Shown here in pieces: positions 8,530-18,400 of a stretch of DNA of 29,626 bases. Both the position numbers and the translations under genes were made by a program. Location: the IMG/VR virus record IMGVR_UViG_3300027838_000029, positions 1 through 29,626 of that record; one strand, written 5' to 3'. Within the stretch, counting starts at the first letter, position 1; the number at the start of each line of letters is the position of its first letter. The DNA comes from a virus (lineage: Duplodnaviria > Caudoviricetes). The notes under the pieces were generated by a model. The model ran no database searches and had not been told where the DNA came from. It saw nothing but the letters and a program-made list of their open reading frames with translations.

Positions 8530-10926
8530 TTACTGAAATTTCCATCTAATAATAACTACACCAGCAGAACCAGCACCTCCAACTTCATTAGCCCCAGAAG
8601 CATCATAAGAAGCTCCACCACCTCCAGAGCCGGGATATGTAGTGGTTGCCGCAACTCCATTATTATTACCAACAGGAGAAGCGCCATTACCAGATGTAGT
8701 TGCACTTATTCCTCCACCAAGCCCAAAGTTATCGGCGGCGGCATATCCAGCACCTCCACCACCCATTGCATAAATTACTGCTGATCCTGTTATTGAATTA
8801 GATGTTCCTGTGCCTCCATTTCCACCACCATTACTGTAAGCATTAGCACCGACAGAAGCAGAACCACCGCCTCCACCTCCACCAGCTGCGGCATATCCAG
8901 TACCTCCAGCATTTCCTAATCCAGCACCCAATTTTGAAGATGCACCACCAGCAGCACCACCATTACCAGTACCACCACCGCCAGAACCACCTGCATTACC
9001 TACTCCAGTTGAGTGTCCTCTACCTCCACCACCCCCACCATTCATAACTTTTATATCTGATCCACCATTAATATTAATCTTTGTATCAACTCCATCAACT
9101 CCTTGAGCACCTGCGACAGGGGCTGCTCCTCCTGTTCCTGCAATTATATCATGTGCAACAAGGGTTGGTGTCCAACTTGTGACATAAAGCATTTCTCCTG
9201 CACCTCCACCACCGCCAGCGGCACCAGATGTACCATTACTTCCTCCGCTTGCTCCTCCTGCAACAACAAGATAATCCAACAAATCGTTTGTTATTTCCCA
9301 TTGACTTGAACCGGAGTGTGACGAATAAATAGTAAAGGCACTAGCTTGTGTAACATTAACCCATCGATAAACTTTATAATCACCATCTGTGGTTAATGTC
9401 CCACCTGTTACAGAAATTCCTTTAGGAGAATTCAGTATGATATTAAATAATCTAGGAGAACTTTGTGCCTGTGCATCTGTTGCATTAACAGTAAAATTAT
9501 AAGTTGCGGCAGTACCACTCATGGTTCCTGTAATATCACCAGTAGATGTACTCATTGCTAAACCAGTAGGTAATGCACCAGATGTTATTGCATAAGAAGT
9601 TGCACTTGTTGCGGCTAGGTCTATTGTAGAGATTGTTGAAGGTAAAGCAGTTAAAACATTTCCAGAAGCAGTTGTCCAAGCAGGTAAAGCACTATAGTCA
9701 ATATCAATACTTCCTGACAAACCTGTTGGATTAGTTACTACCAAACCATTAACCTTAGTTCCTGCTGTCTTTGCAGGAGTACCAGTAATAGTAATTTGGG
9801 TTGAACTGTTCCTTGTTACTATACTAGGAGCAGTTCCATCAATCGTAACAGTTGCACCAGTTTGAAAATTAGTACCAGTAATTACAAGGGTTTGTGTGTT
9901 ACAGGTTAATGTAACATTAGCACTTCCAGTTGCAGTAGCGTTTGCAGAAAGTTCAAAATGAGTACTATCTGTTATAGTTAAAACAGTTGCGCTAGAAGGA
10001 ATACCAGTTCCAGTAATCAACATACCTTGTTTTAAATTAGTAGTAGCGGATACTGTTATTGTTGCATCTCCACTTGCAGTAGTGGAACTTGTAAGATTAA
10101 ATTCACCTACAGTATCTAATGCGGTATCATCGCCAGGATAATTTAATGAGGAAACTGTAGGGGGTGAATCTATTGAAGCCCATCCTTGTGCATTATACTG
10201 TTGCATTATACCAAGAGTAGTATTGTATATTATCATACCAACAGCTGCAGTTAATGCATCTCTTTGAGTAGTTGTGACTGATGGAATTTTAAAATAAGAA
10301 TCCTCAATACCAACGGCATCTGCAATTTTTGAAGTTGTTACTCCACCATCTGGAACATGAGAAACAGTAGATCTGATTGTATTGTGATGAACATCTACTT
10401 CATCATTGAGTAATATTCCACTAGATAATGTCAGGGTTGTTGAACTTCCTGTGACTGTATAGTTTGTAGTTGGTTTTTGAAATATACCATTTACATATAC
10501 ATTAATTGAAGTTGCATTAAGAGGTATTTCGGATAATGTAAATGCAGTCTGTCCTGCCGTTGCAGTAAATGAATCTACATTTCCAGATTTCAAGTTGTCT
10601 TGTAATGCAGTAGCTCCTACAGAATTTGCAGGCGGTGTATGGTAAAGTTCTCCTGAACCACGATGAACCACATAGAGTGAATCTGTAGATGCAAGAGCCA
10701 CACCAAAGTTTAATCTGCGAGGTCTGAGATTTGCATCATTGATAATGGTATAGGCATTAACTGGTTCCTGAATAACATTATTGACTGTGACTAAAAGGGT
10801 TTCTGCATTATAGCCAGGAACATCATGTAATAGGTCAAAATATGTCGCTGATCCATCGGGAGATAATGTCTCCCTCATGAAAGCAGGACTTACTTTATTC
10901 TCAGATTGATTTCCTATATACGACAT
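8530..10926 (-). CDS. Tail fibre/adhesin: small beta domains + IPT/TIG + He_PIG-like Ig + C-terminal glycine-rich domain
   Basis: MSYIGNQ start; GMIIYNTT linker; PPTVSS...LVITGTNF (IPT/TIG-like); YAITSGALPTGLAMSTSTGDITGT...FTVNATD (putative Ig); DYLVVAGGASGG...GSAGVVIIRW (glycine-rich domain). SD AAGGA. Confidence 0.8.
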   Translation of the reverse strand: MSYIGNQSENKVSPAFMRETLSPDGSATYFDLLHDVPGYNAETLLVTVNNVIQEPVNAYTIINDANLRPRRLNFGVALASTDSLYVVHRGSGELYHTPPANSVGATALQDNLKSGNVDSFTATAGQTAFTLSEIPLNATSINVYVNGIFQKPTTNYTVTGSSTTLTLSSGILLNDEVDVHHNTIRSTVSHVPDGGVTTSKIADAVGIEDSYFKIPSVTTTQRDALTAAVGMIIYNTTLGIMQQYNAQGWASIDSPPTVSSLNYPGDDTALDTVGEFNLTSSTTASGDATITVSATTNLKQGMLITGTGIPSSATVLTITDSTHFELSANATATGSANVTLTCNTQTLVITGTNFQTGATVTIDGTAPSIVTRNSSTQITITGTPAKTAGTKVNGLVVTNPTGLSGSIDIDYSALPAWTTASGNVLTALPSTISTIDLAATSATSYAITSGALPTGLAMSTSTGDITGTMSGTAATYNFTVNATDAQAQSSPRLFNIILNSPKGISVTGGTLTTDGDYKVYRWVNVTQASAFTIYSSHSGSSQWEITNDLLDYLVVAGGASGGSNGTSGAAGGGGGAGEMLYVTSWTPTLVAHDIIAGTGGAAPVAGAQGVDGVDTKININGGSDIKVMNGGGGGGRGHSTGVGNAGGSGGGGTGNGGAAGGASSKLGAGLGNAGGTGYAAAGGGGGGGSASVGANAYSNGGGNGGTGTSNSITGSAVIYAMGGGGAGYAAADNFGLGGGISATTSGNGASPVGNNNGVAATTTYPGSGGGGASYDASGANEVGGAGSAGVVIIRWKFQ

Positions 10927-10935
10927 TTGTTTTCC

Positions 10936-11592
10936 TTATGAGACATCTTCTAATACAGATGCAATGCAATCTACGTTATTTGCAGATGAACAGTATGCAT
11001 AAATCTTATCGTTATTACCAACCGCTGTAGATTCTAATACTAACTTCTGGCCAGAAATAACTTTTAATGTACCACCTACTGGTACTGGTGCATCTTTAAT
11101 TACATCAGCTATATGAATTTTTGTGAATACAACTGAAGCACCATTAGTGTCAAATGTTAATGCACTTGATGCATTTCTAGTTTCTGCAATTCTAATTATA
11201 GTTGTTGATTGTATTTTTTGTATATAATACATTCTAGTTTCTGAAAGAGCAGCATCAGCACTAGGTGGTAATGAAGCATTTGTGAAACTAGGATCTGTAC
11301 CATTTGTAAATATTATTCTATCATTCAAAACTAAACCATGAACTGCGGCGGTTGTCAAATTTCCTGTAGCATCTGTTGCTACAGTACTGACTTGTTGTGC
11401 AGTAGTTCCTGCTAGGTTTGCACTCTCATCTTCTAATTGTACTGTAACTACAACACCAGCTGTGCTTTTGTTTGCAACATCGATTTCTATAGCAATTGCT
11501 TTTTTAGAGTCTGGTGCTGAATATATTGTTGTTGGTAAAGTACTGTCAGCTGATATATTTCTTTTGACAGCGTTCTTAAAATTGTTGGCCAT
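10936..11592 (-). CDS. Conserved small virion beta-sandwich protein carrying an internal ~100-aa insertion
   Basis: MANNFKN...TIYSAP...ANKS...IKDAPVPVGGTLKVISGQKLVLE...D...SVLE pattern typical of small marine-phage virion proteins; GGAG SD and late promoter upstream. Confidence 0.7.
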   Translation of the reverse strand: MANNFKNAVKRNISADSTLPTTIYSAPDSKKAIAIEIDVANKSTAGVVVTVQLEDESANLAGTTAQQVSTVATDATGNLTTAAVHGLVLNDRIIFTNGTDPSFTNASLPPSADAALSETRMYYIQKIQSTTIIRIAETRNASSALTFDTNGASVVFTKIHIADVIKDAPVPVGGTLKVISGQKLVLESTAVGNNDKIYAYCSSANNVDCIASVLEDVS

Positions 11593-11614
11593 TGTTTACT
11601 CCAAGTTCTTATTA

Positions 11615-11622
11615 TATTTATA
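11615..11622 (-). promoter_or_regulatory. T4-type late promoter TATAAATA
   Basis: Exact consensus in the intergenic gap, 22 nt upstream of the ATG at 11592. Confidence 0.85.
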
Positions 11623-11633
11623 ATCTTTTATTA

Positions 11634-12188
11634 TCATCCTAACGCAACTGACATTGCTGCAGCAAACCCTTGAGTTGAACCAAAATCAATATTGGCATCG
11701 CCGGGACTTGCAAATTTTACATTGTAATTTGTTCCTGAACCATCTAGAGCTGTACCGAATACAACTGGATCTGTGGATACAGGAGTACCATTTCCTAAAG
11801 GGGTTATTAAGTTTAATTGTACACTTGTTATACCAAGTAAAGTATCATTTAATAAAAATGACATTGTATCATCTGCTGTTATATCTGTGACTATATTGGA
11901 TGTCTCTGAGCCAGCATGAACACCTGTTCCACCTATTAAATTTAAAGTCTCTGCATTGGATGATTGTATAAAGTTGTCAGCTTCACCACTTATTTGTGAT
12001 GATAAATTAAATCCTGCAAAAATTTCATTGATAGCTCCTACAACTGTGGTTGCACTTGTACTAAGTTGATCTCCAGCTGATGCTCCAGCTCCAGATCCAG
12101 TTACATTTCCTATATCATCTACCAACCCATTGAAATTAACTCTAAAGGTTTCTAAAGTATTTGTTGATTCTGTAGTTCTAGTTGCCAT
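11634..12188 (-). CDS. Short fibre-like virion protein
   Basis: N-terminal TLETFRVNFN...TVVGAINE anchor motif of T4-like fibre/whisker proteins; C-terminal GFAAAMSVALG motif. Confidence 0.65.
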   Translation of the reverse strand: MATRTTESTNTLETFRVNFNGLVDDIGNVTGSGAGASAGDQLSTSATTVVGAINEIFAGFNLSSQISGEADNFIQSSNAETLNLIGGTGVHAGSETSNIVTDITADDTMSFLLNDTLLGITSVQLNLITPLGNGTPVSTDPVVFGTALDGSGTNYNVKFASPGDANIDFGSTQGFAAAMSVALG

Positions 12189-12408
12189 TTTGTTTACTTA
12201 TTATTTGTCGAAGCATATCCTTTATCTCCGACACATCTTCTTTTAAACTATTTATTTCTTCTGTGTTACTCTCTAAAACTGCATTACGTTGTTTCCTAAC
12301 AACAGCTCCATTCATATATTTTGTATATGCATCATTATCTACATTTGTAACAGCTTTACTATATTCATCCCTTGATAATTCAGGATGACTTTCCACTTTC
12401 TGTGTCAT
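12178..12408 (-). CDS. Small conserved coiled-coil protein
   Basis: KVESHPELSRDEYSKAVTN...EINSLKEDVSEIKDML heptad pattern; ATGA overlap with the upstream giant gene; this position is usual in T4-like cyanophages. Confidence 0.75.
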   Translation of the reverse strand: MTQKVESHPELSRDEYSKAVTNVDNDAYTKYMNGAVVRKQRNAVLESNTEEINSLKEDVSEIKDMLRQIISKQNGN

Positions 12409-15400
12409 AATGCTAATGCGATTGTACGGAAATCCTTAATGAAAGGTGGTTCTGTAGACTTAGTTCCACGCATTACTATCTTCACAGCAAATGCAATAAA
12501 TCCATCTAGTCCAGATACTTCATAGGTTCGTTCTCTAAAGTTTTTATAATCCGTAGATTCTGAAACACCTTTATCAATAGTCATTAATACCCATTCAATA
12601 TTGTCAAAGGCAGTAGTATCATCAGACTTTAGAACTTTATAGAATACATCAATATATGCTGAACTGAATAATATTGCATCAAACATTACTTTCAATGAGG
12701 TTGAAGAATTTGCTAAACTTATTTTTCGTGTAATATAAACAGCGACATTTGCATCACCCTGTGCAGCTGTTTTAGGTTTATATGCATCTGCAAAAACTTC
12801 TGAATCGGCTGTGGTAACTGGGCCAGAATATAAATCTGTAATTACATTAATATTGTTTATTCTATTTTGGACACAAATCATTCCCATGCGTTGTGTATCA
12901 ATTACAGGAGTAATATTTTCAACCCCTGTACTCAAAGTTGCAAGTACTTCAAATGACTTATTACCACTCATCTGATTATCCTCATTTTCTTGAGAGGCTA
13001 CCATTGTTGGTACTAAAAAATCAACATTTTCATTTGGTGATACTTCCAATGCTGATGATCCTGCAAGAATATTAAATGAGGTTTCATTTCCACCAGAATA
13101 TCCTTCTGTGTTAGAAGCACTAGTTCCAGTAGTAGTTCTAATTTTAGTTGTAACATCAGAACCAGCAATTTCCATCAATTGTAAAACTACTTTTCCTGTA
13201 TCCATCATATAATTTTCAGTTGCATATCCAATAGCTCCACCCATTACTTTTGATTCTGTAAACGTAACACTTCCAGTTAATTCCGCAGATACATCTAAAA
13301 TATAATGATCTATTCCAACTTCTAATATTTTTCCTGCTGTGTAAGTTTTATTAAAAGCAGTAATATTAAAAGCTCCTCCACTTGTAGTAACATTTCCAGA
13401 TAATCCAGAAATAGTTACATAATTACTAGCACCAGCATACATTCCGTGATTAAGATGTCTTACCTTAATCCACGCCTTAGTTTTAATTGTTATAATTGGT
13501 GACTGTCCTAACGCAGCTGATGGTATTGCTTGATTCTGTAAAGTCACTACACCAGAAGATGTTGAGAAACTAGCACGATTAATACTAAACTTTAAATCTT
13601 CCATTTGTGCAGCTGACCATGTAGATGCATTTTGAGATTTGAACAATACTCCAGCATATGGTTGGTCAGAAATAGTTCTGGTTCCACCGACTTCTACATC
13701 TCCCATATGTGATAACCATATCAAATAATCTTGTGTGTTTGCCATGATGACAAAACAATACTCTACATCTTGCTGTAAATATATTGGTGAAGGAAAAGTA
13801 AATAAAGTAGGTAATGAAGCATCCTCTGATATTTGAACTTCTGAAGGTTCAGCTGAAGCTGTACCGAATGGTAGAATGGTTGTTGATGGATAACCATTAA
13901 CCATTGTACGCATTTGACATTGTAGTGGTACTGTTTCTGATTTTGATTGGAAATAACAATTTACAGAAGTTACAAATGCACCGCCCTTAACATCAATCAA
14001 GAACGATTGTGCAACTGGATCCCACCATCCAACTTGTTTATCAGATGACCTTGTGGAAGAAACGACTCGACCTTGCTCAAGAGTACTACTACTAACACTA
14101 GCGTTTCTAGTTGCAATAATAGTTTCCTGAATGTTATCAAGAAGCCCCTTTGCAAAATAAGTTGTTTCACCAGCGGTATCTGTATCACCAGAGAGTATAC
14201 CATTTGTTATATCAGAAGTTAATCTGAAAATTCTTTCACCTACTTTAAATGCAGGGTTTCCAGAAATGTTTGGATCTGGTATATTAAATACTCCAGCACA
14301 TTTTCCTGTGGCTCCTGTAATAAGTGGATCTCCTGCGACACCTGTTTTATAAACATATACATTATCATCATGTGCAACAGCACCTGAAGCTCTAGTACAT
14401 CCAGTAAAGGTAGTACCAGACTTTCCAGTATATGTAATAATTTCACTATCTATTGTAATTGACCCACTAGTATCAAATAAACCAGTAGAATCAACGGTGA
14501 TTGTTGTTGCAGAATTAGTAATAGCTCCATTACTTAATGTGTATTTATTAATATAAGGGGGTGTTGGAGTAACATATTGTGTTACATTCACATTATCAAA
14601 AAATACAAATAGTCTCGTTCTTGGTTTGAAAACTTTCGCTGTAAAATTAACAGTTCTAGCACGACAATAAGGAAGAATTTCTGTACTAACAACTCTATCC
14701 CCTTTAGATTCATGATCAATTCTTGGAGTAATTGCAGTACGAACACCTTGTCTTGATTGTTTTGATGTAGTTGTTGTAACTGTAGTTTCCATAACTCTTC
14801 TGAAAGGAACTACCGCTCTTGCATTATTCCATGATGGATCTCTCCACTCTACTGAGTTTGATTTTGTTCCTGTCCAGAAAGTTTCCCATTCGTTCCAAAC
14901 TGTATTGACTGCACTACCTCCGTTTCGTGCAATAAAGGAATCATAATTTCCTTCTCGATTAATAACAAGGTTAGGCATACGACTAGTATCTTTCCAAATA
15001 TCTGAAGAAGGATCAAGGTCAATAGAACCAATCCAGGCCATAACATTAAATGGATTTACATTTTCTATTCTGGAAGCATATGGTTGATTAACCATTTCTA
15101 CTTCAGAATATGGAAGGGTTAATAAATCTCCTGTCTTTTGATACCCAGCTGCAGTTCTAAGTGCATCAGTAGAAACATTCTCTTCCAAAGTCAACATTCT
15201 ATGTTTAAACTCTGGTCTTAGAATACCATTAGCCATATCCATAGAGTTAGAATAATCTGGATGTAGGGCGTTCCCCACACTATGGCCTGTAAAATTGTCT
15301 ACGATAAATCCATTCTTAAATCTATCTAAACCATCAGCATCTTGTATTTGATAAGATTCAGTATCCTTCTCTAACATATTCAGTTGAGAATAATATTCTA

Positions 15401-18400
15401 AGTTTTCAACTCTTTCACTAATCTTACCAATATCCCTCATAGTAAATCTGCGATTCTTTAACCTTCGCATACCAACATCTGAAGGTGCAAAGGTATATTG
15501 AGGAATTCTAAATTCTGCAATCTGCATCGCATCTTCAAGACCTACAGGATTTTCTGGATTCTCTGCGGCTGCACCTACTACTGTTTTAAAATCTCCTTCA
15601 GAGTCTAACCATAAGGCTGCATTTTGTGGTAAATAATAATTGAAAGATGCATCAAAAGTATCATCTGTTTTTGGGACATCGACTAATGAAGCGTTTGAAG
15701 CTTCAAATCCATTAGCACCAGTTACGCCAGAACTTCTCATTGCAAAAGAAAATGGTGTAGTAGAAAATGAACCAGTATTAAATACATTAGCTATATTATA
15801 ATCACCAAGTCTTGGTCTGAAATCTATTGCATCTCTAAGATCATATTCACCAGTTGGTGAAATAGTATCTGGATCTACTCTCTGAGCAGAAAACAAAGGA
15901 ATCTCATCATAAGTAATACTTGTTGCAGATGTTCCTACTGGATATGAATCCACACTAAAATAATTTCCTGCACCATGTGTAAAATAATCAAACACTATCA
16001 ACAATCTTCCAGATGGTGGAGCTTCCCCTGACTTTCTTGTAATACTACCAATATCATAGAATGTATCTCGCATACCAGAATCAAATTGATAGTTACTCAA
16101 AATATTTTCATCACCAGCTGTAACAGCTGTAGTAGTCAGTATATAAGTAAAAGTATTTTGTGCTGAAGTGAGTGTAGTTCCTACAGTAAATACTTTTGTT
16201 GTAAGATAAGTAAATGTGGCTGTTGCAGTTGTAGAACCCGAAGTACCACCAGATATAATTCTAGCAATTGAACCATTGTTTCCTGTAATTTTTTCACCAG
16301 CCTGGAAAATTTCATCAGAAGTAACATTACCACCAGAACTACTTGAATATGTCATGGTTGGAGCAAGAGCTGCAGTACTTGAATCTGCTGACATATAAAC
16401 TCCACGAACCTTAAAAATATCTGCTTTAGTTAATGTAATTTCTTCATCTTTATAATTAGTTCCCCAAATTCCACCAGATGCAGAAGTAATATTAAGAGTA
16501 TTCATTGGTTGGAGCGTCTTAGTTTTTTCACTAGCCGTTCCTATCTTTAGGGTATATGTAAATTTAACAGTTGTATCTAAGCCACCAGCTAGATTGAGAG
16601 TTATAGTTTGAGCTCCTTTATTAAGATAACATTCATCTGTAGCATCCGTAGTTGGTTTCAACATTGTTCCTACAGGATACTTCATTGTAGATGCAGTAGT
16701 ACTTTCTGCAACAACACTTATAACATAATCATCATCAGTAACAGATACAAAGGATTCTCCTTCAGGTAGAGTAACAGACCCAACTCCACTTTGCAAGAGT
16801 TTTGTTTCTTGTCTACGAACTTTAAGTGTAGTATCTACTTTATTGTTAAGTTCTGCGGCCTTTAATGTTTTAATTGTTTGTTTTGGAAGTTTAGAAATCA
16901 TTACTAATTCTTCCTGTTCTTCAATCTTAGCTCTAACCCTAGTCATTATAGAATTTTGAACAGGAGTAGTACCACCTAAACCACCAAATATTTCTTCAGT
17001 TATTAACGATGTATTATTAGTAATTTTTTTAACAGTCATTCTCTTATTAGCACTTGCTAATGCTTGAGTAGTACCATGTGCAACCTCAAAACAATCTCCC
17101 ACTTTAAGGTCAGAAGCAAATTGTGTATTCGTTCCCTGAACAGTATATGTTGTACCAGTTGCTCCTGAGACATTAACCGTTCCTGTTAATTTTTTGGTAT
17201 CCCTTAAAGCAAGGTCTGCAATGTATGATCTATTTTGAGAATTTACACCAAAGATAGAATGAGTTTCATTAAAACCATAATATGTAGGAGTTGCTGTAGC
17301 ATCTAAAGTTCCACCAGTTGCTAAATCACCAGTAATATTACTTGTAATAGTTTCACCTTTAGCAAAGGTTCCTGTAGTTTGAATAATATGGAAAGTTGTT
17401 CCCTCATCCAATTTAGTTCCATCATCAGAATCAGCTGCATTTCCAATTATAGCAGCAGTTGTTTGTGATGCAGTATGTCCAGAAGTTACACTTGTTGTAA
17501 ATTGAGTTAGACTATCTACTGATGCTATATAAGAATCAGCTGCAATATTTGTACCAGAAATTCCCATTCCCGGCTCAAGTCCGCCAGTATCGGTTGTTGT
17601 TATCACGCCAGTTGATACAGATGCTGGAGTACAAGTTTGTCCTGTTAATTTTATATCCTGTGGGGCAATATAAACTATTCCTGTAGCACCAGTTGATGAA
17701 CCTTTAACCCTTGCTCCGTTATGTAAAAAATTAGTTGCAGTAAATTTGTGGGTATCTTGCAAAGTCAACTTTGCTAACATCCGAACATCAAATAGATAAT
17801 GTTGAAATTTTCCTTCTCTAGTATAAGCACCAGTAATTTCTGTTCCTTCTGTTCCTGAAAGATGTTCAAAGGCTCTAGTTCGTGCTACACCTATTGTTTT
17901 TGCTGGGGGTGTAACTGCCCATTGTGCTGTTGCGTGTGCATATGCTGAGAATGGTCTTGATTTATCAGTAGTTCTAGTACCTTGAGACAAATCTAAACCC
18001 CAAATATAAACTGGATCATCTACGACATGACCAGCCGGGGTAGTTCCTCCCCAACCATGTCCAGTTGGAGTTCCAGTAAGAACAGTTAAAGTTGCAATTC
18101 CTTCCCCACCACTAATTGATGTAATAGATGCAGATGCTATTTTAATTAATTCAGTTCCAATCTGAACAATAAAAGAACCAGTTTGTGGCATATGATTTGA
18201 TGAATTAACAGTAAAAGTTGTTGCACTAGCATTAAAGTTTGCTTTTACATGAGTAACAGGCATCCTCTGGTCACGCAATTGCACTTCCTTAAATGGTTTA
18301 CTATCATTTCCATCTGCGGTAATATCTGGAGTTCCAAAAACATTTTCAACCACAACAAAATTACCAGCACTAAACGTAGTTGCACTATTTTGAACAAAGG

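Noticed and set aside
6370-9240. ccacc/cctcc short repeats as a CRISPR array, microsatellite or collagen-like region
   Set aside because: They are simply glycine codons of polyglycine tracts; there is no repeat-spacer structure and no Gly-X-Y periodicity.
1-12188. Diversity-generating retroelement or invertase shufflon acting on the fibre genes
   Set aside because: No reverse transcriptase or recombinase, no adenine-mismatched TR/VR pair and no inverted cassettes were seen. A remote TR outside the window cannot be excluded.
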